Shown here piece by piece: positions 36,596 to 50,200 of a DNA stretch of 64,000 bases; the first letter of the stretch is position 1; each line of letters begins with the position of its first letter. Under the pieces are notes generated by a model. The model worked only from the letters and a program-made list of their open reading frames with translations. It did not search any database and was not told the DNA's origin. The position numbers and the translations under genes were made by a program. This DNA comes from Camelus dromedarius. Its lineage: Eukaryota. The stretch is taken from the NCBI RefSeq assembly GCF_036321535.1, contig NC_087437.1, positions 116,314,001 to 116,378,000 on the forward strand, given 5' to 3'.

Positions 36596-39500
36596 CTGGG
36601 AGGCGGGAAAGGAAACAGAACAGCAGTGAGAACAGACTCTGAGCTCCAGGCATCCTTGCTTTAGGGATACAGGTGGGTGCTGTCAGTGTCCCACCCAGAG
36701 CTCCCTCCCCAGGCTCCCCTCTTCCCCAGAGACCCACCCTTGGCTGCACAGGTACTGCCTCAGCCACCCCCAGGGAGCCCTCACCCCGACGGACTGACAC
36801 AGGGTACCAGACGCCGGCCCTCCTGCCTCAGAGGGGGACCAGTCCTATGATGCTGTTCATGCCCGGAGATCCCCACGGGGTCAGACTGGAGCAAGAGCCC
36901 AGCTAAGTCCACAAGCTTCCTGAACCTTTCCCTGCCCTAGCCTGCTTCCTCACTTCCTCTGTCCCGAAAACACAGGCTTCATTAATCACCTGCACAAGCT
37001 TCCCCAGCCCAAGCTCTGAGTCTGAGCAACCCGACCTAAGATGAGGATTCCTGGTGACTCTCCGGCTGATCTACAGGTCCCAGTCCTTTATGGAATGTAA
37101 AGAATTCCTATGGGGCAGAGTTCAAGTTGGCTCCATCCATTTCTGACTTCCTTAGCAGAGCAGGTAGGTCAACTTTGTGTTTCGGGGGTGGAAAGGCTTA
37201 TTTTTCCTATTTTGTGAGGCAGAGAGCGCCATTATATGGATGGCAATAATGACCTAATACCATTTATATTGGCGAGGTCAAGTCAAATAATAAAAGTCAG
37301 ATTTAGGAAATGGACGTCTAAAAGTTTATGGAAAAAAATAGAGAATGGAGGTAAACACCGTTATTTCTAACATAACATTTTGCTGGCGCTCAGAAAGCAA
37401 TTCTGTCAAAGCTTTTTCCTAGAACAGAATTAACCCACTCAAAATGAGGAAGTTTAGAAAAAAGCTGGCTCTGTTTCAAACCAGATCACCCATTTCCAGT
37501 ATTCAGGCAAATGCATCTTAACGGAAACCCACGTGTTGCCCCGGTGCTGCGACGCCCATTGTGTTAAGCAGAATTTCCAAAAGGAAAACTGCAAAACCGA
37601 GTGATTGCAAGGCCTCTCGCAGAGCCGAGCGAGACTCCAGCTGAGTCAATGGATCTCATTTAACTGGGTGTATTCGGTCAGAATTCTCTTGATCCCACCA
37701 GAGGCATATAGATGTGGCTTTTATGTTTTATTAAATTCAGAGAAAAATCCAGGCACATCGCTCTAGTCACCATGCCACAATACTTTAAGATGACTGATGG
37801 CTCCCTAGAGGAGAGATGGCTGCAAACATCAACAGAAATATGGAGCATGAGGCGAAGCTGAGATGTGCTAAGCAGATTTTAGAAGCTTTGAAAATGGGTA
37901 GAAGGCAGGCTTTTCCTCCCAAACTCCAGCTGCAGCACCGCCTTGGGCTTATTACCAAAACGACCACCTCTTCTTACACCATCAGTAATACCAATAGATG
38001 TGGTAAAATGACTAAAGGAACTATTCAGGGAACTGATGAAATGTAAAAAGTGATTATAAATTTGTTTTCTCAAAATTCTTCCCACTAGCTCCCTATATAA
38101 ATTGTCCAACTCAAAAATCCTTGTTTCCACATTGGCTACATGGAAATGGGTATGACTGTGAATTTATCCATGCAATAGCATCGTGAGAAAGGTCAGCCTT
38201 TTCTGAATATGTTCTGGAAAATGATCATTTTCAGTCTAGCAACACATTTGAAATGTATTAACAGCTTGTAGTTCATCGCAATGGAAGCCTTTGCTTTCTC
38301 CAGAACCACATATTCAAACTGTTCTCAATCAAGTTTTGTTGCCCCCAACATTTCATTAATATGCATTTTTAAAAATACAAAGAGGAGTTTGAGAAAACCA
38401 TATGGTTTTAGTATATATAGTGTAACCATAGGATCACTGCTTGAAAAAAAATTCCATATATGACCTGGGAATAGGGAAAAACATGGATTTTTGATTTAAC
38501 AGTCTAACATATGCTTCGACATAAACACATGGCGTTGTTTGAAAATGAATATTCACTGTCAACCTCCTCTCATAGAGAGTGCAGTCCCACAGATTTTGTA
38601 TAAGGACACAGATCTACCTAAACAGCCAAAATTCTACTTGGTATCCATTCGAACCTTGGCACTGCCTCTTGGGAATCTGTCGTTCATCCGCTTCCTTGAT
38701 AAATGTGTACTGGATAAAAACAGTGCGCAAACGTGGTTTCCTAGCTCTTCTGCTTCGGAAGAACTAGTAAGGCGGGAACCTATATTCATGGCTAGAAACT
38801 CAAAGCTGAAAGGGCGGAGGAAGAATTTCTCCCTAGACTGTTTTACCCATCAGCCCTTAAGACACAGGCCTTGGGGCCTCTGAGCGTTGCAACGGCCTAT
38901 GGAAGAAGACACCTATGAACAAAATTCATCAGCTTCCAAACCTGAGAACAAAACCATAAATGCAAACCAACTAACGTTTAAATAGATGTTACAAAGTGCA
39001 GCACTATGTCAAGGTCATTAATTGTCAAATTTAATATAACAAAAATCCGCTGTGTTCGCAGTCTACAGCAGATTTTCTTGCTGTGCAAGAGAGAATCTCA
39101 AGGATGCACCATGGTCGCTGAGAAGTCATGGTCAACGGTCAGTTAGATGAGTTACTCACGGCCACAGAATTTCAAAAGCAGTTTATTTAATTCTTATTTT
39201 ACTGTCAAAACAATGGTGTGCACTAAAAGTGCATTTTAGAATATAGAATAGGGGTTCCAAAACACAGGTACCTAAGATTTAGGAAGTCTAAGAGTGGCCG
39301 AGCATCTCACTGGCCAAACCAGCAAGTAAAAGGAGACGCTCTTCTAAGACAGGATCTTCCATCCAATCAGCACCACCACCTGCCCCTCATGAACCGCCTT
39401 CTTCACCTTCTTTGGAACTCGTCACACCTAGGACTCTCCCTCTGTCCTGGTAACACCCTGGCAACATCAGTAAGGAGCAGCTGCTTTTCTCCTAGATTTG

Positions 39501-41443
39501 TCCAGGGTGATTAACTAAAAAGGCAGGACTGCAGGCGCGGGGGTGGGGGTGGACAAAGATGTAGGCTGCCCACCTGCAGGAGAGCCCACTGGGTTGAAGC
39601 AGTGCGAGGCATGGCTTTGGAGAAGACCAAAGGCAATCTTTTCATTTTTAGGAGGAAAATGGTCTCTGAATGTGATTAAAAGAAGGGAAACACAGTAGCA
39701 AAGAGGTACAGACTGAGCAAAAAAAAGGGCAAAACATCTAAACGGTTTATAAACCACAGAGAAAAGCAGAGCTGGGAGTGACTCAGCAGTGGTGGGTCAA
39801 GTAGGAGGGGTGGCCCCGAGCAGGGCACTCAGGCGCCAGCTGACGGGGGAACAGAGCAGTAAACAAAGCGGAGGGGGCCCAGCAAGCCCCACACTCGGGC
39901 TTCCTTCTGCAGTAGCTGGGGGTGCTCACAGCCTGGATCCCCCACCATGTCAAGGTCAAGGGAGCAGGCGTGTCCCTGATGCGAGGCTTTGCCGGGGCTC
40001 AGCATGGCTCAGACGGGACTTGCTGGAGGGGCAGACCGTATGGTGGCTGAAAGTCAGCACTGCTTCAGCTAAATCCTGGCTCTGCCCCGTATGGGACTTT
40101 GAGCAGCTCACCCGGCTCTATATGCCTAGGTGTTCTCACCTGCAAAATGGGGGTGGTGGTAATATACTATCTTGCAGAGTCACTATGAGGATAAACTCCA
40201 TACGTGAATGCTCTTATGGTTTGTCTGAGCTGAAAACCAGGGTTTAAAGAAAGATCTTCCCTTGCCTAGAGTGGAGAGATGCCAAAAGGGAGACAGCTAC
40301 CCCCACCCTTCCACCCTGGCCGCGTGGAAGCTGGGGATGACGGTGTTCTCAGGGTGGCTCGTATCACTGGAAGCTGACTTGTGCCAGACACCATTCTGAA
40401 CACTGTACATGTGTTTACTTAATCCTCCCCAGAGCCATGTGCTAGCCCACTATAGACAGGGGGCATTAGAGCCCAACGAGGCAGAGTGACTGATCTTGCC
40501 CCAGGTCAGCATGGGTTGGAACCCCGACTCCAGGCCTTGGTGCTGAATCACTATACGATGCTGCCTTCAAGCCTGGCTTCTGCACACACCTCCACCCCCT
40601 CCTCCAGTCCTTTTCAGGTCGCCCTCCCCCCTACCCCGGGCCTGGAGCTTGGTAGGTTCCCAGTGGAAGAATGGACACTCCCAGCTCCTAATCAATGGCA
40701 AAGCATCCTTAAACGGGTCTCCAGCTCTGCATAAAGCAGTTAAATGCCCACCATTAAAGACCATCCAGTTGGCACCAAGGGAGCCGCTGAACTCTTGCTC
40801 CCAAGAAAGCTAATGCCTGGGAAGGGGATTTCTGTTCATTAGAGGAGCCACTTTGAATGCTCAGCCATTCTGGTGGGACGTAAAGGGGCTAAGTCACTTC
40901 CATCTGATCCAGAACATCATAATGCAGGGGCGCACGCTTCTCAGCAGGGACGGAGAGGTTGAGATGCTCTTACCATCTTGTGCATTCATACCATATGATG
41001 TCATCCTTCCCTTTAAAATGGCTCTAAAAAAGTTTGCATTGTGTAACGAGCAGAGGCAGCAATGTTAAGTGGTGAAGGATTTACTTATCAGAGGATAGGA
41101 GAATAGAATCAAACAGGAAGAAACATTCTCATTAACTGAAAGATAAAAGACATTCTGGTTTTAGGGGGAAAGGCCACATGAATACAACTGACACAAAGCC
41201 ACCGCCCAGGAGATGGAGAGAAGACCTAACTCACTAGAAACTAAGGAAAATACAGCTTTATCCTCAAATCTGACGTGCACTGCTGCCATCTTCCCCAGGC
41301 CCAGTGGGCACGGTCTTAGCGGCATAAGGGGCAGTCCCTGCTCCCAGTGCCAGCCCAGCTGAACCGTTAGGCACCAAGGCATCTTCCCAGGCCAGGGGTG
41401 GGCTGGCCGTCTCCTCCCTGCTCTGCCCCAGGTCCTTCTAAGC

Positions 41444-41603
41444 CCACCAGCGAGCGTCCCCCGGCTACCGGGCATTGAGTGAGTAGACGGGCCATCTGCT
41501 GAGGGGCCAGCAACTCTCTTCTGCCACCAGCGAGCATCCCCCGGCTACCGGGCATCGTGTGAGTAGACACTGAGCCCTCTGCTGAGGGGCCAGCAACTCT
41601 CTT
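41444..41603 (+). repeat. Tandem duplication, two units of about 80 bp
   Basis: ccaccagcgagc(g/a)tcccccggctaccgggcat...tctgctgaggggccagcaactctctt at 41444-41520 and 41524-41603. Confidence 0.92.
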
Positions 41604-43011
41604 TGGCCCCAGGCCATCAACCAAGCCACACCGTTGAGCTGCGACACCATGGGCACTGACATACGTTTCATTTAGCCAACCTGTACGAGTGAAAGGGCCA
41701 GTTTGGTTTTGCTTGGTGCAGCATGACCCTGTCCTCTTCATCCCTGACCTCATACCCATCCCAGGCGCAAAACAGTTGTCAAACGGAATGGAAATCCTTC
41801 CTTTCTGTTCTCTTGGTCCTCATTCTCCAAGACCTCCCACTTCCCTCCCGTTCACTCAGGGCCCGTCTAGGGCAAGAAAACAGAAAAATTTGGAGACAGA
41901 GAGTCAGGGTTCACACCTGGCCTCCCTTCTTATTGCCTGTGTGACCCAGGAAAAGTTACCCAGTTTGTCTGGACCTCCGATTCCTCTTCTGTAGGATGAA
42001 GACAATGGCCTCCTGGGGCTCCTGGGAGCCGGGACCACAGACAGAAGCACTTGCATCATTGGGGTGGGAGCCGTTGGTTTGTTATTTCACATCATTGTGT
42101 TAACTTTCCCAGAGCGTTTCAGCTTCCGTCCTTTTCCCCTCTCTAATCTCTCCTGACCGCTCCTGCCAGATCAGTCTTCCTGAAGCACTCCTGATAATGA
42201 TCATCTCAAGACACAGTCATCGTTTTTATTTGAATGGTTATAGAGGCAGCTGCATATGAAACGCTGGGCACAAGCATGAGGAGGGACCAGAGACCCAGGA
42301 GACATGGCCACCAGGTGGATGCTGGGAAAAACCTATGTCCACTTCTCCACTGGAATGTAAGCTGCTTCCGGGTCAAGGATGGTATCGTGTTACTCCTCGC
42401 ATTCATTTATTCAACAAATAATTACTGAGCACCTGGCCTAGGCCCAGGGGTACAGCAATAAACAAAACAGACCCTTCTCACTGCTCAGCTGCTCAAAAAG
42501 TATTTGCTGAACTAGATAGCATCAACCAAGAGCTAATGTCAAAGATGTGGGCGCTCGATAATGACCATATTCATATTTCTCAAAAGCATAGATTCCCTCG
42601 TGGGGATGTATCCTGATGGAATCTAAATTGTCCTGTTTCCCACCCCATTTTGGCCTCGATGTTTAGGAAAGATACATTCCAGCTTGTATTTGCAATACGC
42701 CTCTGACATACTGGTATTTGAATTCGCTGTTTAGAATAGGCAAACATATGCTGTGAACTTCTGAAGTTGATGCCAGCACAGCTGGTTCTGATCTGAATAC
42801 AAACAAATCCAACAATTTGGTTGGCACTGAAACGTGATGACAGGTGACGATCCTTGGCGAGGTACAGGTTACAAACGGGTCCGTTAAGAATCTGCACTTT
42901 CTTCTAGCCTTGAGGCTCAGGAACAGACCATTCATAGAAGATGATGCTAAATTTGAAGCCTCAGGGTTGTAATTACGGTTCTTCTTTTTAAGATATAATT
43001 TTATCTGCCTG

Positions 43012-43408
43012 TGTGATGGACTAAACTGTGTCAGTCCCCACAAATTTATACGTTGGATTTGCCCAGGACTTCAAAACATGATGTTATTTGGAAATAGGGT
43101 CTTCAGAGAGGTCATCAAATTAAAGTAACGTCATTTGAGTGGGCTCTAATCCAATCTGACTGGTGTCCTTATGAAAAGGGACATTTGGGCACAGATAGAG
43201 AGAGAGAGGATGAGGCTAAAAGATACAGGCAGAAGAGGCTCATCTACAAGCTAGGGAGACAGGTCTGGGCTCCTTCCTTCCTTCATGGCCCACAGAGGGA
43301 ACGAACCCTAACAGTTTGATTTTGAACTTCTGTCCTCTAGAACCAGGAGACAATAAATGTCTGTTGTCTAAGCCCCTTTCTTAGAGCAGCCCTAGGGAAA
43401 CCGCCACA
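43012..43408 (+). mobile_element. MaLR LTR (MLT1B-like) in the last ERG intron
   Basis: tgtgatggactaaactgtgtc...ttatttggaaatagggtctt...taatccaatctgactggtgtcctt...agcagccctagg. Confidence 0.8.
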
Positions 43409-43620
43409 GCTTGGATTGGGTAATAATGCTCTTTGCTGAAGCTACATCTTAATTTATAGCCTGATCCATTTTTTTTTCCACTTAGGCAAATAATCCAGTG
43501 AGACCTAAAACTTAAATTTGTTCAGTTGAAAAGATTTCTCAGCAATACAAGTTTCTCTTTCAAAATAGCCGCCGCCAAAAAAATAGCTGTGGAAGAACAA
43601 AATGATCAACAGTATCTCAC

Positions 43621-43668
43621 CTGGATTAGCAAGGCGGCTACTCGTTGGTCCAAGAATCTGATAAGGAT
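43621..43668 (-). CDS. ERG: ERG 48-nt exon (DPYQILGPTSSRLANP)
   Basis: Acceptor ccgtag|ATCC, donor CCAG|gtgaga; peptide visible in ORF 43505..43924. Confidence 0.97.
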
Positions 43669-44320
43669 CTACGGCAGAAGGAGAAAAGAAGTCAAGTTCC
43701 AAAGACATCGCTGTGGCCAGGACTGATGCAACTGCGGGAACAAGGCTGACCCGGACTTCGGAGTGGAAAATGCCTCCCACACCAGAGTCACCGGGCGCCG
43801 TTTCCTGTATTAGAAAAGGTGCCATGGGGGTCTGAGAGAAGCTTCTTGCTAAAGGCCTCCTGCTGGTGGCCAAGCTCAGATTTGGTCCTGGGGTTCCCAA
43901 TACCCAGCCCAGTGCTCTCTCCACCCCAGGACAGAAACGGGGTGAATGTCTTCAGTCCACAGTGGGTCCCAGGGCCGTGCTGGCCGCAGCAGCCTTCCTC
44001 CGTGTCCCCGCCTTGGACCTGGCACACATGCTGCCGCTGCTGCACGTGGCCTGGGAGGTGAGAGTAAAAGAATTCATCTCACACGTCACAAAGACGCAGC
44101 CTGTGTGCAAGCCCGTTGGGTTTTTCCATATTTATTGCAGAGGTTTGGGGGAATGTTTTAGCCAAATCTCAAATCGTCCCAGTTAAGTAGACTAATCATT
44201 TGGCCCCCACTTTCCGTGCGGAGCAAGAACAGAGAACACAAAAGAACATGAATTTCATTTAGAAATTGACACATTTCCGTCACTTTTCTCATGGCCGTCA
44301 GGACGCTCCCTGAAACGTAC

Positions 44321-44377
44321 CTAGTTGAGGACGCTGGTCTTCAGTTTTGGGCACTGTGGAAGGAGACGGCTGAGCAG
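44321..44377 (-). CDS. ERG: ERG 57-nt exon (AAQPSPSTVPKTEDQRPQL)
   Basis: Translated by hand; acceptor gttcag|CTGC, donor CTAG|gtacgt. Confidence 0.96.
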   Translation of the reverse strand: MLSRLLPQCPKLKTSVLN

Positions 44378-44684
44378 CTGAACAATCCAAAAGTGAATGA
44401 GACAATTAGCTGGAACTTGCATTTGGCTACTGGTCTTTGATCATCATTCCATCAGTTCCCTCAGTGATTAACAGAATAGTCTTACTCTTAGAACAAGAAG
44501 CATCTTATGGTAAGGAAAAATTGTCCTTTCTAATAAAGCCCAATGTAAATGCTGTAGCAGAAAGAGGGTGCTTTACGTTATTTTAAAAAATGTATTTGTA
44601 CCCTACTTTTTCCAAAACTAAAAAAAAAAAAAATTGAGATAGTTTACAAAACAGATGAAGATGAACTGCAGTCTAAAATACACA

Positions 44685-44845
44685 GGGGGAGAGTATAGCT
44701 CAGCGGTAGAGCGCCTGCTTAGCATGCATGAGGTCCTGGGTTCAATCCCCAGTACCTCCATTTAAATACATAAATAAACCTAATTATCTTCCTTCTTAAA
44801 ATAATAAAAATAGTAATAAAATATTTAAAAAATAAAATAAAATTC
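44685..44845 (+). mobile_element. tRNA-derived SINE (Vic-1-like, camelid)
   Basis: A box tagctcagcgg, B box ggttcaatccc, body tail ataaacctaatta and an A-rich end shared with three other copies in the window. Confidence 0.88.
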
Positions 44846-45059
44846 ACTTCTTTCATTTCTTTTTGTTATAGAAATAGATATAACCCCAACAGAGAAAGAG
44901 CCATTGCATTTAAAGGTGAGTTGTGCTTTGTTGCCAAAGGGACAAACACTTCATGCTGAGAAGGCATAGGCTGGCTACAGAAACTATTATTTACTCTCTC
45001 AACAGTTATCCTCTGCCTTGTGATGTGAGGATTCAAGGCAGCGGAAGCCAACACGGTAC

Positions 45060-45128
45060 CTTTTGACTGGGGGGTGGGGTGGCCATGACTGGTCCAGGCT
45101 GATCTCCTGGGTGGTTCGTAAGGTAAAT
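45060..45128 (-). CDS. ERG: ERG 69-nt exon (DLPYEPPRRSAWTSHGHPTPQSK)
   Basis: Translated by hand (not in the ORF track); acceptor tttacag|ATTT, donor AAAG|gtaccg. Confidence 0.96.
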
Positions 45129-45890
45129 CTGTAAAGACAAATAAATTGACTAAGAGATCAGTGATGTAATTTTCTAACAGCTATTCCGTGTGCTTTTTTG
45201 TTTTGTGTTTTATTTATCAGAATAAATATTGTGCAAGAGAACTCAGTTATCCAAAGGGACATTCAACCTGGATTCCATGAGATTTGGATTTGATTTACAA
45301 ATTATGATGTTGTCTATTTTATTAAGCTAACATTTTCCCCCGTTAACCTGAAAACTCGCACTGATGGCGTCTCTCAGAGCTGGCTGATTCTTTAAGGTAA
45401 TGTCCTACAATCAGGTCAAGACTCCATCAAACGCTTCTTACAGCCTAACGTGCCCTGCTTCCAGCTGGGGCTGACCTAGGTCCACCCCTCTACTGGCTTC
45501 ATGACCTGTCCGAAAACAGAGCCTTCCTTCAACGCTGACGAGTCAGTCGATTCCTGCTTGAGGTCTGACCCTAAATCCGCCAAATGACACTCAGCGCTCC
45601 TTCCTCTTCTCCTTCCCTGGAAACGAGCACTGCCTTCTTAGTCCCTCATTTGCGAGCTGCCTCTCTCAGCCACCCCTCATTTGCCCTTTAAATTCTCACC
45701 CATTTATATTAAATCAGTCTGCAAGTTCTAGTTATTTTTCTATGCCAAAGTCTACTCTTTCTCCTTCTCTTAATGAATTTAGAATTTCTCTAAAATGAAC
45801 TGCGTCAAATCAGATGCAAGACTGAGACAGTATTGCCCCGGCAACATGTTAGCAATGACTGTAGACAGCTTGAGGGTAAGCCAGTGAGGA

Positions 45891-45990
45891 GCGGGTGGGC
45901 AGAGCTCAGGGGTAGAGCGCACGGGGTCCTGGGTTCCATCCCCAGGACCTCCATTAAAATAAATAAACCTAATTACCCCCCCCAAAAGAA
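45891..45990 (+). mobile_element. tRNA-derived SINE (Vic-1-like) with an internal deletion
   Basis: gagctcaggggtagagcgcacggggtcctgggttccatcccc...ataaacctaattacccc; lacks the tgcttagcatg segment present in the other copies. Confidence 0.8.
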
Positions 45991-47177
45991 GTATACGCCA
46001 ATGATTTTCTTGTGTTTATAACGTATTGCCACTTGTCCCACAAACCTTCCACACTTTGCATATGCAAATTGAATAATTATACTTCTGCAGGCTCACTGCA
46101 AGTTCTGTTAATGATTATGACTCTAAGTCATTTCAAGTTTCTTTTAAAAATATCAAAAATATTTTAAAACAGTTTTATCTCTCAATGAGTTGCTCTTCCT
46201 GGAATAAACTTTGTAAAAAAATTTTTAACTACAAATATATTCAAGAAACATTATTATGCATGCTCTTACTAACTCTGCATACACAAAGCTATTTCCACAT
46301 GCACTCTTATTACAGAATTATTTCAAAACTACATCTTCTTGGATTGATGGTTCTCAGTTCAATGCCATGTGTCATTCTGGGCCAGCTGAACACCATAGCC
46401 AGGTTCTTCAGCAGGTATTCTGCTGCCAGACACCTGGAGATAGCTATAAAATCTCACTTGGAGGGCAGAGCCATGTTTAAACCTTGTTTAAAATTGGAAA
46501 TTTGGTGGGTCAACCTTCAAAAAGCTTAACTATGTTGCAAAAGATGTGTCTCTTCCTATTTTCCTCTCCCAGAGAGAATAGCAGTGAAATGCAACGTGAA
46601 ATCCAACACAGAATTGCCTTAATTTATTCAGTCTGTTTGGCCACAGCATCTCGATGAGTGTGGTCTGTGAAACCCTACCCTCCAGAGCTCTGGTTGAGGT
46701 CGATCGTTTTGCTTTTGAAACTCTGCTATTGCTCACCACTCCCTCTCGGCTGGCATTTTTGCATCTTTGGACAGTAAGCCTTTCCCACCCAGTTCCTCAG
46801 ATTCTCACTTTCCTGGTGTTGAGGTTACACATGGGAATCAAATCTGCAGCCGCTATCAATTTACAACTCAATTTCAACTTATGTCTCAGGGAGCATTTGC
46901 GTACGGATTCTCATCCAGTTGCATTTTGTCTAGAAAATGCTTAGCCAGAGGTTCAATTTGAGAATTGTCTCAGAAAGAAAAATCGATTAGCAGGGCAATG
47001 TAAGAGCATGTAGCCGACTTCAGGAGCAGACAGGTGTATCACCAAGGGGTTCCTGTCTACCAAGTGAAAAAGCCAGATAATCCAGAAATAGGTTCTAGAT
47101 CCTCAATTTGCAAAGTGTGGTCCACAGACCCAGCAATACTGGCAACATCCAGGAGCTTGTTAGAAATGCAGAATCTC

Positions 47178-47299
47178 GTGGGGAGGGTGGAGCTCAGTGG
47201 TAGAATGTGTGCTTAGCATGCACGAGGTCCTGGGTTCAATCTCCAGTACCTCCATTAAAATATAAGTAAACCTAATTACCTCCCCCCTTCCCCCCAAAT
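47178..47299 (+). mobile_element. tRNA-derived SINE (Vic-1-like) with a 12-bp TSD, nested in a MER5A-like element
   Basis: TSD atgcagaatctc at 47166-47177 and 47300-47311; the flanks (about 47095-47395) continue a MER5A-like sequence. Confidence 0.88.
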
Positions 47300-50200
47300 A
47301 TGCAGAATCTCACTCTAGATCTACTAAGTCAGAGTGTGCATTTCCACAAGATCCCAGTTGACTTGGGCGCCCGCTAAAGCTTGAGAAAGCCTGTTGTAGA
47401 CAATTCCTACTGTTCTCCTCTAGAAATCTGTGTTCCTACAGATAATGGTTTCAGAAATGCTACCTGAGTGTGTTTAAATAAATAAATAAATATATAAATA
47501 CACGTATGTGTGGGAAGAGTTCTAGATTGAATGCTTTTGCCTGAAATATGAGACCACGAATGGAATTCCTGGCAAGTGTCAGTAGGTCAGTTGGCTGCTA
47601 TTTTAAACCTAAAAATATTGCCCACTGAAAGGTGGCTGGAAAAAAATTAAACATCAAACTACTCAGAGAAAAATATTTTGAGACGCTTTCTTCATAAAGT
47701 CCTTAGGGTGTAAAGCCATGTCTCATCCTCCCTTGAAAGTAAGTCCGGACCTAAACAACTCTAAGTCTGATTCTCAGCCAAGAATCTGAGATGTTTATAT
47801 GAACAATGATGAATGTGTTCATAAACATATTGCCCTGGGAGATAAGTGGGCTTTTGTTTTTGTTCATGAAATTCTGACTCTTATCAGCTACCGATCACAT
47901 GCCATGGGCGGCAAGCCCCCTCCTGGGGGACGTGACACTGGGGACTGTTGAGCTAAGCCCTGTGGAGATGAGAGACAATCATCTCAGGGACCTTGTCAGC
48001 AGCTACACCACCTCCAACAGGGCCAGTTTTGTGCAGTTCTACTCATTGGCTGCTTGAAAAATTGTTATTCCATGTACATTAGCCCCTTCTGGACAGTAGA
48101 TCACAGGACTTCTAGTGAGAACACGGTTTGCATTTAATTCCTGGTGTCATTTCCACCCACTCTCCATTTCCCTTTAGCTCTAATCTTCAAGGTAATTAAC
48201 TCATGCCCTTGGCAGAAGGTCCTGTGTCAGGGAAGGCTGCTTTCTGGCATTGGCCCTGCTATTTTTTATGTAACAGATCATGTTTAAAAACTGAACTTTT
48301 TAAAAGCCATTTCATAGGCAGCTTAGTAACCCTATTTCATACGGATTACCAAAGAAGAACGCTCTATGCCTTGATCTAGACCCCCAAACAGGAAACTACA
48401 CACAGGAGTCTGCCTGGCGTTGGCTCTCCCGACACCAGCACCTCTGTTTCTTTACTGGGAGTGACGACCAGTTTCTGATTCTGAATAAGACTCCTCCCCG
48501 ACCCACTCCCTTCCCTGGACATCAATGAGTTATGTCAGCATCCTCGCTGCCCTTCCTGCCGGATTTTTTATATTCTCCTTTCTTCAAGCTTAGGGAAGAA
48601 CAGCCCTCTAGCCCTCTTGACGTCCACCCACCACTTTATTTTTTAAAGGACCAGAACTTGGATCACGAGAGGGCTTATCTTCATTCTATAGGATCCACGC
48701 CATGTTGACAAAGGAACTCCAGAGGTCCCTGGCTCCCTGCACACTGGCTGTGAAAGGATGAAATCTGCCCACCTTCAGTGAACTTAGATGCTAGTGGCAA
48801 AGACAGAAAGACTGAGAGCTATCGCCCAAAACCAATCTATAAGCCCCTATTTAATGCAAGGAATTTTTAGAGTCAAGCCTACTAGCATGATTAAGTCAAC
48901 CCCCTCTGGTTTTCCTCTGGTTTTCCTCTAGTTTTCCTACAGTTCTCTAAACTCCTCTGTCAAAGACATGGAGATCTGGGGGCATTTGCCTCTCCTTCCC
49001 TCCCAGGTGTGCAGATCTCTGTGGCTACAGCATCGCCTGGGCAAAGTAAAGAATACACATTTCTGGTCATTTGCTGTGATACAGGCTTTACAGAGCACTT
49101 AACTGAGGAGAAAGGGCATCAGCTGTGTTGTCTCGTGGTGACTGGAGATGCCAAGTGGCGCCCAGCTGCCAACGCCAAAGGAGGAATCATTTAAGATTCT
49201 GACAAACCCTTGAGAAGCACCAGCTGAAAAGTGAAAGTCAAGGCTGCACTCACAGGCCCAACTCTCCAGGCTCTTGATAACATCCTCAGTGCGCCTCATG
49301 GGGCGTGGGCCGCCATGGTGATGGAGAAGGGGAGGGCGGGGTTACAGAAAGTCCTCGGCACACCCCACAGCTTCCGCAGACACTGCTTCTAAGAGGCCAG
49401 GCAGGGTGGCACATCTCGAGGTCAAAAGCCAGCTCACAAGTTCCTCTGAGTCAGAACTGTCTCTACTCATGCCCCTTGAGTCCTCAAAGGGCCACGGCCC
49501 TAAAAGGCATGCGTTCAGCAAAGAAGGATGCTTACGGGGGAGACGGGGAAAGCGCTTCTGGTATTAATAAGGGACTACCTGGGAAACCGATGCGACACCG
49601 TAAGATATGATCATAAAAACAGAAGGCAAACTGCTATGCCTATGTGCTAGCACTTTCCAAGAATAGAGGAGGAACTGATTTAAATGTTAATTCAACAAAG
49701 GGATCATGAAGGAAGGTGCATTTTGAATCAGGAACATTTGGAAAAAATAAACAGGAACAAGTATGGCAAGAGAGGGGATGGGGCGTGAACATAGAGTGTA
49801 TTGTCCGTCACGGGCTGTCTGTAAGGTCGCTGAACGGTCCGTGGAGTGCAGGCAGTAAGGGGGCACTGGGATACATGACCTACTGGAAGGTCAGGCTATG
49901 AAAAGAAAAGGCAGATTAGGGGTGGCTACTTAAGGCAGGAAGGAAAAGAAGGAGGAGGGGCAGGGGGTGTGGGGAGGGAGCACCAGGAAGGAGGACTCCA
50001 CATGTGCGGGAGGAAGGGGTCCCCGGCTTCCCTGGATGTAGGAATGGAGGGGACACAGAAAACCAAGAGTGCCTGGGAACAGGGACTCGGGTCTCTATTC
50101 CCAAGGACCCAAGGACCTCTCCCAAGCAGAGTCAGCAGTCACCCCTCCTGAAAGCAGTCAGATGCCCACTGACCACAGGGTCACAGATTCCCAGTGACTC

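Noticed and set aside
36596..36800. N-terminal extension of ORF 36075..36800
   Set aside because: Lies upstream of a clear pyrimidine tract and AG acceptor; it is intron read in frame by chance.
41444..41603. CRISPR-like repeat-spacer array
   Set aside because: Only two whole-unit copies, no unique spacers, no cas genes, and a mammalian context.
44685..44760. tRNA-Ala-like gene (also at 32550-32624, 45891 and 47178)
   Set aside because: Shared non-tRNA tail, A-rich end, a TSD and divergence among copies indicate SINEs.
48903..48937. 11-bp tandem repeat (cctctggtttt) x3; similarly (catgacattgg) x2 near 22380
   Set aside because: Ordinary slippage micro-duplications with no evidence of function.
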